DNA of 64,000 bases from a virus. The position numbers were made by a program, and so were the translations under genes. Location: positions 38 to 64,037 of the IMG/VR virus record IMGVR_UViG_3300042972_000006; one strand, written 5' to 3'. Below, one piece after another: positions 9,948 through 18,918 of the stretch (position 1 is its first letter; every line of letters starts with the position of its first letter). Below the pieces are notes generated by a model, which worked only from the letters and a program-made list of their open reading frames with translations, was not told the origin of the DNA and ran no database searches.

Positions 9948-10753
9948 TGTCCAAGGAAATCTTCTCCCGCCAGCAGTCCCGCATGAAGGATGCGGGCTTC
10001 TATGACGGAAACATCGACGGGATATGGGGGCCGCTGAGCGATAGCGCCTTCAACGCCCTTGTGGCGGCGGCGCTTCAGGGACGGGAAGGAAATGTCGCGC
10101 CGAACCCGGGCGCCGAGGTCGTCGAGAACCTCCTCGCGTGGGGCGGCGCGCTGGATAACCTCCCCGCGTTCAAGGGTCGCGCGGGGGCCGCTCAGGCCTT
10201 CCGGGATCGCGTCTTCTGGATGGCCGGTCCCGACGGCCTGGACATGCCGAAGAATGGCGCGAGCTGGCTCATGGCCTGCATGGCGTGGGAGAGCAATGAG
10301 ACGTTCTCGGCCGACGTCCGCAACATGGCGGGTTCCGGTGCAACCGGCCTCATCCAGTTCATGCCCTCGACCGCTCTCCCCTTCTTCTACTCGGCCGATC
10401 AGATCAAGCGGATGACCGAGGGGGAGAAGCGCATCTATGGCGCGCGCGCAACGGCGCGCTTGGCGGCTATGACGCCGGAGGATCAGCTCAACTACGTCTT
10501 CCGTTACTTCAAGCCGTGGAAGGGCCGCCTGAAAAACCTCGGTGACGTCTATATGGCGATCCTCTGGCCCGGCGGGGTCGGTCAGCCCGACACCTATGTC
10601 CTGTGGAACAAGGACACTCGGCCGACCACCTATCGCCAGAATGCCGGGCTGGACATCAACAAGGACGGCCGCATCACGCGGGCGGAATGTCTGGTGAAGG
10701 TGACGGAGAAGCTGAACCGGGGCTTCGAACCGGGGCGCGTCTGGAGCGCTTGA
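9947..10753 (+). CDS. Endolysin: peptidoglycan-binding domain plus lysozyme-like/lytic transglycosylase domain
   Basis: YDGNIDGIWGPLS (PG-binding); MAWES (catalytic Glu), GATGLIQFMPSTA, YMAILWP, NAGLDINKDGRIT. Confidence 0.9.
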   Translation: MSKEIFSRQQSRMKDAGFYDGNIDGIWGPLSDSAFNALVAAALQGREGNVAPNPGAEVVENLLAWGGALDNLPAFKGRAGAAQAFRDRVFWMAGPDGLDMPKNGASWLMACMAWESNETFSADVRNMAGSGATGLIQFMPSTALPFFYSADQIKRMTEGEKRIYGARATARLAAMTPEDQLNYVFRYFKPWKGRLKNLGDVYMAILWPGGVGQPDTYVLWNKDTRPTTYRQNAGLDINKDGRITRAECLVKVTEKLNRGFEPGRVWSA

Positions 10754-10839
10754 CGGCCCGAGCTGAGCGGGGGAGGTTTCGCCGTCCCCGCTCCGGCGCC
10801 CAGCGGGGACCATCCATCCCGGGCGCCGGAGACCCCAAG

Positions 10840-11220
10840 ATGATCCTCAAGAAATCCGGGCGATGGATGCTGGCGCTGATCATGCCCTTCGCCCTCATCT
10901 TCAGCGCTATGGCTCCCGCCGCGTGTTCGACGATCCCGTCGGCGCCGTCTTCGATCACCATCGACGAGAAGGCCCTGTATGTGGTCGAGCTGGGGTATGC
11001 GGGGGCTATCGCCTCGGTCGACGCCGCCGTCGAGGCCGGGGTCGTCAAGGGTGACTTGGCCGTCGAGGTCGATGACGCGCTCGACTATATCCGGAGCGCC
11101 ATCCTGACCGCCCGAAACGCATATGCGACCGGGGATCGGCTCCAAGCGGCCCTGTCCATCGCCCAAGCGCATGAGGGATTGGCGTCCCTCCGCGAAATCA
11201 TCACCCCTGAAGAGCCGTAG
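10840..11220 (+). CDS. Predicted lipoprotein (spanin candidate)
   Basis: Basic N-terminus, hydrophobic stretch, lipobox-like PAAC-S; downstream of endolysin. Confidence 0.6.
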   Translation: MILKKSGRWMLALIMPFALIFSAMAPAACSTIPSAPSSITIDEKALYVVELGYAGAIASVDAAVEAGVVKGDLAVEVDDALDYIRSAILTARNAYATGDRLQAALSIAQAHEGLASLREIITPEEP

Positions 11221-11231
11221 GAACTGCCGAC

Positions 11232-11438
11232 ATGGATATCGTGAAACTTCTGTCTGCCCTCAATCAGGCGGCCGAGCTGACGGAGACCGTCATCGGTCTC
11301 GTCGAAAGCGCGAAGGTCGTCCTTTCCAGCGAGGACGAGACGGCCCTGAAGGCCGAGCTGGCCAGCATCGCCGCCAGAAACGACAAGGCCCATGCTCTGT
11401 TGAAGGAGAAGTTGGCCAAGGCGGCCCAGAACCGATAG
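11232..11438 (+). CDS. Small helical protein ending the lysis cassette
   Basis: 68 aa, AGGA RBS, followed by a terminator. Confidence 0.65.
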   Translation: MDIVKLLSALNQAAELTETVIGLVESAKVVLSSEDETALKAELASIAARNDKAHALLKEKLAKAAQNR

Positions 11439-11475
11439 GAGGGTTCGGGGCTTCGTCTTCGCCTCTCCCTGACTT

Positions 11476-11506
11476 GCCCCCGGAGCTTCGGCCCCGGGGG
11501 CTTTTT
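11476..11506 (+). terminator. Rho-independent terminator of the late operon
   Basis: GCCCCCGGAGC-TTCG-GCCCCGGGGGC hairpin followed by TTTTT, at the convergence with minus-strand genes. Confidence 0.85.
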
Positions 11507-11511
11507 CATGA

Positions 11512-12096
11512 TCAGGGGATAATCAGGCCCGGGGTAGGACGCGCCAGCCGGGGCGGCGGAGCGGGTTGATAGGCGTTGGTCGCGGCGAGGCCGCTATACT
11601 CACGGTGCATGATCTCATCGACGATGATGCAAAGCAGGGTCGAGGGCATGTATCCGAAGGGCGGTTGCTTCAGGCGCGCCTTCTCCTCGGCCGGCGACAG
11701 TTTCTCCGCCTCCTCTTGCCAGAGAGCCCGAACGGCGTCCGCATAGCGCTTAGGCAAATCGGCCCAGGTCGAGATGATCCGGGTTCCGATGGCCGGAACG
11801 AAGTTCGGCGCGAAAGCCGTCTCGACGCGAGGGCCAAGACCTTGCGCCATCATGTCAGGCCTCGGTTCCTTTTTCGGATCGATCCTTCCCGCGGCGACGC
11901 CTTCGTCAAATGCTGCGACGCGATCATCCGAAACCGAGGGGTCGGGGATCAGGAAGGGCGCATCCCCGTTGCGCGGGTTCCATACCCATTCGACCCGGCC
12001 CGTCACCTTGTTCTGGTAGGGGATCAGGGCGAAGGACGCGGGCGATATCATCGTGATCGCCGCCGAGCCGGAGAGGCGCTTGATCGTGACGTCCAT
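11512..12096 (-). CDS. Hypothetical protein (194 aa)
   Basis: Last gene of the leftward operon; GGAGG upstream. Confidence 0.7.
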   Translation of the reverse strand: MDVTIKRLSGSAAITMISPASFALIPYQNKVTGRVEWVWNPRNGDAPFLIPDPSVSDDRVAAFDEGVAAGRIDPKKEPRPDMMAQGLGPRVETAFAPNFVPAIGTRIISTWADLPKRYADAVRALWQEEAEKLSPAEEKARLKQPPFGYMPSTLLCIIVDEIMHREYSGLAATNAYQPAPPPRLARPTPGLIIP

Positions 12097-12099
12097 TGG

Positions 12100-12354
12100 T
12101 CAGGCCTCCGCCGTCGCGAGCGTCGCGTCGATCAGTTTCGCCAGGTCGGAGATCGTCGTGTCCTTCGTCAGGTCTTGGTCATTGATCGTTCCGCCGGAGC
12201 GGTCTTCGGCATCCATGGCGATTTCCACCATGTCGAGGCTATCGGCGCCCAGCTTGGAGAGTTTGGCGTCCGGCGCCGGGTCGTGGCCGAGACAAAGGAC
12301 AGAGCGAACGGACGTTCGTGCAAGGTGCATAGCCTTGGCGGAGGGATCGGACAT
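12100..12354 (-). CDS. Acyl carrier protein-like (84 aa)
   Basis: AGGAG RBS; LGADSLDMVEIAM phosphopantetheine-attachment signature and TISDL helix. Confidence 0.8.
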   Translation of the reverse strand: MSDPSAKAMHLARTSVRSVLCLGHDPAPDAKLSKLGADSLDMVEIAMDAEDRSGGTINDQDLTKDTTISDLAKLIDATLATAEA

Positions 12355-12362
12355 GATGGCTC

Positions 12363-14084
12363 CTAGTTGAAGAGAAAGTCGGCCGCGACGGCATAGCCCG
12401 GCGCGGGGTAGTCGATCAGGCCCAGCGTCCGGAGACGGCCTAGATCGTTCTGAAACCCGGAAGCCTTCTCGCTCTTGCCGACGGCGAGGGCGATGGCGGA
12501 CCGGGAAAAGGATTCGGGATGGGCGTCCCAAAGGTGTTCGAAGATGGCTCGCTGAGGGCCGGACAGACGTCCCGCCACCGTGTCCTTCAGTTCCCATCGG
12601 TTGACGGGCTTGCTGATCAGCGGAGCGACGGCGCGCCCGGCGTCAGTGATCATGACGAAGCCGGGAGACGGATAGTCGATCAGACCCGCCGTCCGCATGG
12701 CGCCGAGGTTGTTCTGAAACCCCGAGGCCTTCGCACTGGCCCCGGCAATCCATGCGACGAGCTGGCGATCCGCGTCCGGCTTCTTCAGGTAGGCCTCGAC
12801 CCATAGAAGCGCGGCGAGAATGTCCCGTTGCTTGCGTGATGGAACCGCGCTGCCGGTGTCGTCCTGGCTGGGGTTGTCGACGATGACCATCTCCGCCGCC
12901 TTGCCCGTCAGCCCCCGGCCGAAAGGATTATCCGGCCGGACATGGAGGACCGGCGGCTTCATGCGGACGACGTTCGTCGGCTCCGGCTCTGGTTCGGCTG
13001 CGGGGCCTTCGTGATCATCGCCATATGCAAGGCCTTCCAGCCGGTCGATCGGCGACCGAAGCTCACGGAGAGCCATGGAAATCCCGACCTTCACGCCGTC
13101 CTGATAGCCCTCGGCGGTCCCCGCGCGCCGCCCAGCCTCGAAACCCTCGTCGTATCCGGCCGTTCGGGCGGCCTTCAGCTCGGCTCCGGACGGTCCAGCG
13201 GGAGACTTGGCTGGGGCGGCCGCGCCCATGATCGACCGAAGCTCTTCAAGGGGAAGGTCTGGACTATGGAGCGGCGCGACCGGAACGGATCCGTCATCGG
13301 GAGCCTTCGAGCTGTCGAAGGTCTTGATCATCGGAAAGCTGACCCGGCGGAGGAAGTCGTTCTCCGGGCTCCAGACCCATCCCTCCCCCACCTTCAGGCG
13401 GGGAAGGCTGGAGATGATCTCGACGCCTTCCTCCTTCGTCCCGTTGTCCTTGATCCACGCCTCGACCGCCGCCCGATCCTGCGGGCCTATCAGGCGCATG
13501 GCGACGAGCGTCTCGACCTGTGTCAGCGAATCCTTGTGGATTTTCGCGGAGCGCTGGCTCAACAGCATGACGCGGAGGCCGCGCACCCGTCCGCCTGACA
13601 ACAGCTCGTTCGCCGCATGGAGCATCTTCCCGGCTTGCGGATTCGGAACCTTGCCCTGCGGCATGAAGTTATGCGCCTCGTCGATGACGAGATGCAGCGG
13701 ATGGGCGTTCTCTCGCATCAGGGCTTCCGCGAAGTCGGTGAAGAACCGCGTCCGCTCCCCGACGCGCATCCTCGACGTGTCCAGCACGAAAGAGGTTCTC
13801 CAGGTCGCGACCATTTCCGCCACTCGCTCGCCGTCATGCTCTCCGAGAGGGGCGTCGCCATGGCGGCCGCCGAGGATCAGCACCGGGAAGGCATTCTCCT
13901 TGCCCGTGGCGTCCAGCCGGAGGCCCCACCATACGCCCGTGGGGTCCACGATGCAGACGCGACGCGCTTCGTCGAGGAGGCGTTCAATCCAGCCCTTGGC
14001 GGCCGTCGTCTTGCCCGCCCCGGTCTTCCCGAGGATGGCTAGGTGATGGAGGAGGGCGTCCTCCGGGATCGTGATCTCATCCAT
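12363..14084 (-). CDS. HerA/FtsK-like (DUF87-type) P-loop ATPase with two C-terminal winged-helix repeats
   Basis: Walker A GKTGAGKT, Walker B VIDEAH, GRVRG arginine finger, SQR; start chosen at MDEITIP. Confidence 0.85.
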   Translation of the reverse strand: MDEITIPEDALLHHLAILGKTGAGKTTAAKGWIERLLDEARRVCIVDPTGVWWGLRLDATGKENAFPVLILGGRHGDAPLGEHDGERVAEMVATWRTSFVLDTSRMRVGERTRFFTDFAEALMRENAHPLHLVIDEAHNFMPQGKVPNPQAGKMLHAANELLSGGRVRGLRVMLLSQRSAKIHKDSLTQVETLVAMRLIGPQDRAAVEAWIKDNGTKEEGVEIISSLPRLKVGEGWVWSPENDFLRRVSFPMIKTFDSSKAPDDGSVPVAPLHSPDLPLEELRSIMGAAAPAKSPAGPSGAELKAARTAGYDEGFEAGRRAGTAEGYQDGVKVGISMALRELRSPIDRLEGLAYGDDHEGPAAEPEPEPTNVVRMKPPVLHVRPDNPFGRGLTGKAAEMVIVDNPSQDDTGSAVPSRKQRDILAALLWVEAYLKKPDADRQLVAWIAGASAKASGFQNNLGAMRTAGLIDYPSPGFVMITDAGRAVAPLISKPVNRWELKDTVAGRLSGPQRAIFEHLWDAHPESFSRSAIALAVGKSEKASGFQNDLGRLRTLGLIDYPAPGYAVAADFLFN

Positions 14085-14736
14085 TGGCGATCTTCTCTTG
14101 CTGGCGTTCATGTTCGGCGCGGATGCGGCGCATGTGGACTTTGGCGATCTCGTCACATTTTCGGTTGACCCACTGACGAAGCTCCCCGTCCTGATGCCCC
14201 CGGACGTGGCGGACGAGGACGCGGAGATCGGCCTTGGCGCATGTCTCGGCCATGAGCTGGGCGCCAATGCTGGCGCCGCCCTTCACTCGGGCGGCGCGGG
14301 GCCTCGGGACGGCCAGTCCACCCGGCGCCGGGCGGTCTCTGACGAAGGGGTAGGATCGCATCAGCCATTGCAGCGCCGTGGTGTTGTCGCATTGCCAGAT
14401 GATCACGTCCCCCGGCTGGATGATGCCCCGGGACAGCGCGAAAGCAACAGCGTTCGCCCCACCCCTGATCTCGGCCTCGGTCGATGACTTGAGCCGGTCC
14501 CGGAAAGACCCACCTGCCAGCATCGACCGTTCACCGTCAGCTTTCATCCACGCCCCCCAGCCCGCGAACCCCGTCGTCGCGCATAGGCTCGCGTCGGAGA
14601 ATATCGTCACGCGCGGCCGGGCGGCGGCCCATATCCGGTCATCCTGACGGCGCTCCGCACGATGCTGGCGAATGCGGTTCAGGAATCCGCCGAGCCCGGT
14701 CTTCTGATGAGGCTTCTTCTCAAGGTGATCGTCCAT
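14077..14736 (-). CDS. Ribonuclease H (RNase HI-like)
   Basis: FSDAS, GWGAW, EAE, CDN, HVRGH and NRKCD catalytic pattern. Confidence 0.85.
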   Translation of the reverse strand: MDDHLEKKPHQKTGLGGFLNRIRQHRAERRQDDRIWAAARPRVTIFSDASLCATTGFAGWGAWMKADGERSMLAGGSFRDRLKSSTEAEIRGGANAVAFALSRGIIQPGDVIIWQCDNTTALQWLMRSYPFVRDRPAPGGLAVPRPRAARVKGGASIGAQLMAETCAKADLRVLVRHVRGHQDGELRQWVNRKCDEIAKVHMRRIRAEHERQQEKIANG

Positions 14737-14903
14737 GTTCCGGCGGCTGGCCAGAGCTGCCAACCGCCGAGACCCTCTTCATGGCCGACAAGGACAAGGC
14801 CATCCGGACGCGGAGAGAAGTCGATCCCTTCCCGGCGGAGAGTGTCCATTGCGACTTGAAAGGCTCTGAGCTTGGCCTTCTTCGTCGTCTTCCCTTTTGA
14901 CAC
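14679..14903 (-). CDS. Hypothetical protein (74 aa)
   Basis: GGAGG RBS; start overlaps the upstream stop. Confidence 0.5.
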   Translation of the reverse strand: MSKGKTTKKAKLRAFQVAMDTLRREGIDFSPRPDGLVLVGHEEGLGGWQLWPAAGTWTITLRRSLIRRPGSADS

Positions 14904-15358
14904 TATTTCCTCCCCCCTTTCCCGCGACGAGCGTCATTGATCCGTTTCCAGTATCCCGGAGGTCGCGTCCTCTTTCGGTCGTAGGCTCGGCGGCATTCTC
15001 GACAGGCCCTAGTCCCGTTCGGCCTGATGAAGGTGTTCTCCTCGTCGAAGGGATGGCCCTTGGAGCATGAGTTCATGGCCTTCTTCGCGCTGTCGCGGAG
15101 CGCGTGGCAGGTGGTGCATACGGGCTCAACGTCGAGATGATGCTCGGCCGTATATCCCTTGTGGTGGTCGTATTCGTGCCGCCGCTCTCCGGGACTCCAG
15201 ATATGCCCGCAATCTGAGCATGGAAGCGTGTTCGGGTGGGGCCGACGCCCTGTCCGAACTTCGACATTGACCCTCTGGCGCGCCTGAAGACGGTCTCCGT
15301 CCCTCGGAGGGTGCGGCGCTGGCCCGGGACGCCCGGTCAGGGGGTTTATTCCGACCAT
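14903..15358 (-). CDS. HNH/zinc-finger endonuclease-like protein
   Basis: CSDC...HEYDHH...VCTTCH, then CSKGHPFDEENT...RACRECRR. Confidence 0.7.
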   Translation of the reverse strand: MVGINPLTGRPGPAPHPPRDGDRLQARQRVNVEVRTGRRPHPNTLPCSDCGHIWSPGERRHEYDHHKGYTAEHHLDVEPVCTTCHALRDSAKKAMNSCSKGHPFDEENTFIRPNGTRACRECRRAYDRKRTRPPGYWKRINDARRGKGGRK

Positions 15359-15360
15359 GA

Positions 15361-15690
15361 TCAGTAATCGTCCTCTATGGGCGCGAACTGATCGCGCACC
15401 CACGCATCATCGATAGCCATGTCCCGAAGGTCGTCCGGATCGGGGCCATCATCCTCGGGTGGGTCGCTTTCTATCTCCGCCAGGACGCGGGCCTCCTCGG
15501 CCTCGGTCAGAACGACGGCGGCGCCGATGTCATCGACTACCTTGACGAGTTCTGTCTCCGGCCCACTTCCCGGGTCGCAATCCTCGGGCGCTAGGTGGGT
15601 GATCGGAGGCGATCCGGGGTCGAAGTGGAAGGAGACGGTGACGTCCGTTCCATCATCCCGGGTGAAGTGAGTTTCGAAGACCTTAGCCAT
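15361..15690 (-). CDS. Acidic hypothetical protein
   Basis: MAKVFETHF start; fits tight operon packing. Confidence 0.65.
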   Translation of the reverse strand: MAKVFETHFTRDDGTDVTVSFHFDPGSPPITHLAPEDCDPGSGPETELVKVVDDIGAAVVLTEAEEARVLAEIESDPPEDDGPDPDDLRDMAIDDAWVRDQFAPIEDDY

Positions 15691-16048
15691 GTTCTTTCTC
15701 GAATGAGGCCCACATAGCGGAGCGCGACGCGACCTCGGCCTGATAAGCTGCATCGTCATGACGAGGGCCGTGGTAGGGGACCAAGCCGGGGGCGTCGATG
15801 TCGAGCGACCCGTCCGCGCCTCGACGCAGCGCTAGAAGCGGAACCGGGTCTTTTCCGTTCAGACCCACGTTGTCCGGACAGAACAGCTTGGCCCACGGGG
15901 CGGGTCTGCCTTCGATAATCGTGATCGCGACATGATCCATCGGGTTCGCCCACTTAGGGTCTCGGAGGTGCGTGATCCCCCATGCAGCGGCTTCGGATAG
16001 GCTCATGAGAGGGACGCCGTTGAAGGCGGGGCGAGGAGCGTCAGCCAT
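15683..16048 (-). CDS. Hypothetical protein
   Basis: MADAPRPAF start overlapping the upstream stop. Confidence 0.65.
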   Translation of the reverse strand: MADAPRPAFNGVPLMSLSEAAAWGITHLRDPKWANPMDHVAITIIEGRPAPWAKLFCPDNVGLNGKDPVPLLALRRGADGSLDIDAPGLVPYHGPRHDDAAYQAEVASRSAMWASFEKEHG

Positions 16049-16325
16049 GGTCGATCCGCCCATAGACATGCAGGACATACGGTCCATCGCGGAGGGTGGC
16101 GACGTGCGCGGCCGCCGTCGCGGCGAAAACATGCCCTGTCCCGACGAGGAAGACGTCAAGACGGGCGTCGAGAACCTGAGGGCGTCCCGGCTCGTCAGCG
16201 AGCCGCTCGACGTAAACGACAGGCTTTCCCTCACGCATGGCGGCCGAGAGGATTTTCGAACCCGTCGGAACCATGTGGCGGGTCGGCTTGGGGGTGACGG
16301 GGAAGTGGTGGATGACGAGATTCAT
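16041..16325 (-). CDS. Conserved small phage protein
   Basis: Pattern PxGSKILS...GTGH...VLHVY seen in many phage proteins. Confidence 0.65.
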   Translation of the reverse strand: MNLVIHHFPVTPKPTRHMVPTGSKILSAAMREGKPVVYVERLADEPGRPQVLDARLDVFLVGTGHVFAATAAAHVATLRDGPYVLHVYGRIDHG

Positions 16326-16528
16326 CGGCTGGGCTTCCTCATTTGGCGCTCGGCGGCGCGGCGTTGCTGGCGAGTGGGGAGAGCGGCGGCTTCGGCCTTC
16401 GCCTTGGCGATCCGATCCTCAAGGGCGCGGTGGCCCGGCATCCGGTCGACGCAACAGGCGACGCGCGGGGTGATGCCATGCGCGGCCAAGGCGTCCGGGT
16501 CCAGGTGCGGGCAGTCGATACACCTCAT
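16322..16528 (-). CDS. Small Cys-rich hypothetical protein
   Basis: MRCIDCPH start; ATGA overlaps at both ends. Confidence 0.55.
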   Translation of the reverse strand: MRCIDCPHLDPDALAAHGITPRVACCVDRMPGHRALEDRIAKAKAEAAALPTRQQRRAAERQMRKPSR

Positions 16529-16854
16529 GCGCGGCCTTTCTGTGTGGTGATGAAGAGGTTCCCGGCCTGTTGCTGGGCCTTGGCCTCGTCCCGGATGATC
16601 CGGCAAACGCGGTCGATGTCCTCGTCGCTGATGTCCGGGCTCATATTATAGAGCCCGGCGTCGATGCCGGAGACGATGGCGTCTGGCTCCGCTCCGTTGC
16701 TTTTCATGGATCGCAGAAGGGCCGCTAGGGTATAGCCGGCGACGGCATCCCACCCGCCCAGCGACCAGACTTCCGAGATCGCCACGTTCAACAGGTCTGT
16801 CACGGCGCTGTTGAGCGGGTCGTTCGGAATAACGTGCGTCTTGGGGTCAGCCAT
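16525..16854 (-). CDS. Hypothetical protein
   Basis: 109 aa; operon packing. Confidence 0.65.
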   Translation of the reverse strand: MADPKTHVIPNDPLNSAVTDLLNVAISEVWSLGGWDAVAGYTLAALLRSMKSNGAEPDAIVSGIDAGLYNMSPDISDEDIDRVCRIIRDEAKAQQQAGNLFITTQKGRA

Positions 16855-17329
16855 AGGGAGGGGCCTTTCCCGCCATGGATGGGGGAAGTTCGTCAGCGTG
16901 TCCGTGCTTCTGGAGCGCCGTGAGGGCTTCGGAAACCTTGGGAAAAGACGGATCGCAATGCGCCAAGAGCCCAGCGAGCGCCTTCGTCAGTTGCCGCCGG
17001 TCAGTGTCATCCTGAGCCGTGCTTCGGGCTTCCACCTGGAGAATGAGAAGCCCATCATGGATTGTGTCCTTCGCTCCCTCCCGGAGGCTGATTTCCGGCA
17101 TGGAAGGGATGCCCCCGCCGCCGCTGATCATGTCGAAGACAAGATTCCTGACAGATCGGAGGATCACCTCCCGAAGGATGAACTCGGGCGGGTTTCGGGC
17201 AATATCCATCGGACGAACAGCATGAGTGATGGAGAACCGGCCCGGGTATTGGATCGGCTTGGCCATCTGTTCGCGGAAGGCGGAGACGGCCTTTTCGGCC
17301 GCCTCCTTTGCAAACGCCGGGACCGTCAC
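16847..17329 (-). CDS. Hypothetical protein
   Basis: 160 aa; GTGA overlap with the recT stop. Confidence 0.65.
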   Translation of the reverse strand: MTVPAFAKEAAEKAVSAFREQMAKPIQYPGRFSITHAVRPMDIARNPPEFILREVILRSVRNLVFDMISGGGGIPSMPEISLREGAKDTIHDGLLILQVEARSTAQDDTDRRQLTKALAGLLAHCDPSFPKVSEALTALQKHGHADELPPSMAGKAPPYG

Positions 17330-18906
17330 GACGCGCGCTCCTTGATCCGTTCCTTGGCGGCGGTCAGGGCATCACCGACGAGGCGCTTGCTGTCCTCATT
17401 GGCGCTGCGATAGGCGTCGCTCTTCCAGACCGTGCGGAAGAGGCTGTCCACCTGATCAATCTCTTCAGCGCCGAACTCCAGCCAGAAGCGGAAGAGGACA
17501 AGGTTCTGTGTGACGTCGAGCGCCTCCTTCCCTTCGTCGCGGAGGGCGGTGTAGCGATCCCACGCCCAGCCCCGGACGAAGCTCTTATCGGCGTCACCGG
17601 CCTTCTGATATTCCTCGGTTCCGCCGAGAGTGCGGAGGACGTCGAGGATCGCGCCCCACGCTTCGGCCTTGAGGATGTCTTCGTTCGCTTTCGTGAAGGC
17701 CGTTGAGGTTTTCTCGCTCTTGGCGGCCTTCTTCTCCCGAACCTGTTGCTCAGGGGTCTTGTCCCCCGGGAAATCAGAATCTCCCGCATCGGATTCGGTC
17801 GAGGATGCTTCGGGCTTTCCCTTCTCCTTCTGACGAGCCTCGGCTTCAGCCCTGTCCTGTTCGGCCCGGGCTTCGTCGAAGCCTGCCAGCCAAGCGGCGG
17901 CTTCGTCATCGTCCTCCAGGTCGTCAGGGACGGAACGATCAAGACCCTCCTTGGCGGCCTCGACCCCCTCGTTCCGGATCATGTCGAGGTGATCCTGACG
18001 GTCTGCATCGACCTCCGTATTGGCCGTGTCAGGCGCCGTGTCTTCCGTTGCCGGTTTCGCGGTTTCCGTTGCGGTTTCGGCCGATTCCGTTGCCTCGATA
18101 GCGGTTTCCGTTGTCAGATCGGTGGGTTTCTGTTGCTCGGCCGTCTTCTCGGCCGGGGCGGCGAGAGCTTCCGTCTTCTCCTCGGGCGCATCACCGAACC
18201 CAGCGGTCAGGGCGGTCGGGCGGCGAGACCGGGTGCGTTCGCGGCGCTCTTCCAGCTCATCGACCTCATCGTCGGTGATCACGCCGAGCATGACGCCGGG
18301 GCTATGCGCTCGCGCCCATTCGCGCGCGCCGCGATAGCGGAGCTGACGCTTGAACGCTCCGGCGCGCCAAGGCGACTTGTCACCCGTGGTCTTCCAGATG
18401 CCGACAGCGCCTTCAATCGTCAGCACCTCGTTCGAACCCGGGAGGGTTCCGCTGACCACGACGCCCAGAAGATCGCCCTCGCCATCGGCCTCAAGATCGA
18501 CGGTCTCGGTCTTCGGGTTCCACTTCCCGAAGGCGTAGGAGAGCCGGGTCTTGGCGCGCTTTTCGATCACGGCCGCGACGAGCTTCCCTTCATACATGAG
18601 GCGCCCCCGAACGACGGAAGTCGATTGCGCCACGGCGAAGGGGTCCATCTCCCACCTGACCGCCTGATTGACGATCATGAAACAGTTCGACACGACCACG
18701 GCCGGAGGAAGGAAATCGTCCTTATCCTTACGGAGCGAGTCCGGGATCAGCGACGATGCCGCCATGATCGTCGCGATCCGCTGCATGTGTTCGAAACGAG
18801 CCGTGTCCAAGATCGGGATCACGTCCTCGACCGGCTCATACTGGCGGACCGCGCGCTGAGAGCTGGCGGCTGGGGCGACAGATGTCCCCGGCTGGCTGTC
18901 TGACAT
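17326..18906 (-). CDS. recT: RecT-family single-strand annealing protein with a long acidic C-terminal extension
   Basis: NCFMIVNQAVRWEMDPFAVAQSTSVVRGRLMYEGKLV...QLRYRGAREWARAHSPGVMLGV; near the RecE-like nuclease. Confidence 0.85.
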   Translation of the reverse strand: MSDSQPGTSVAPAASSQRAVRQYEPVEDVIPILDTARFEHMQRIATIMAASSLIPDSLRKDKDDFLPPAVVVSNCFMIVNQAVRWEMDPFAVAQSTSVVRGRLMYEGKLVAAVIEKRAKTRLSYAFGKWNPKTETVDLEADGEGDLLGVVVSGTLPGSNEVLTIEGAVGIWKTTGDKSPWRAGAFKRQLRYRGAREWARAHSPGVMLGVITDDEVDELEERRERTRSRRPTALTAGFGDAPEEKTEALAAPAEKTAEQQKPTDLTTETAIEATESAETATETAKPATEDTAPDTANTEVDADRQDHLDMIRNEGVEAAKEGLDRSVPDDLEDDDEAAAWLAGFDEARAEQDRAEAEARQKEKGKPEASSTESDAGDSDFPGDKTPEQQVREKKAAKSEKTSTAFTKANEDILKAEAWGAILDVLRTLGGTEEYQKAGDADKSFVRGWAWDRYTALRDEGKEALDVTQNLVLFRFWLEFGAEEIDQVDSLFRTVWKSDAYRSANEDSKRLVGDALTAAKERIKERAS

Positions 18907-18918
18907 GGGGAGGGTCTC

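Noticed and set aside
10630-10690. EF-hand calcium-binding protein (DINKDGRITRAE)
   Set aside because: A common C-terminal motif in this endolysin family, not a separate feature
14085-14267. N-terminal extension of the ATPase in the ORF track
   Set aside because: Overlaps the RNase H gene; the start at 14084 fits operon packing and domain boundaries
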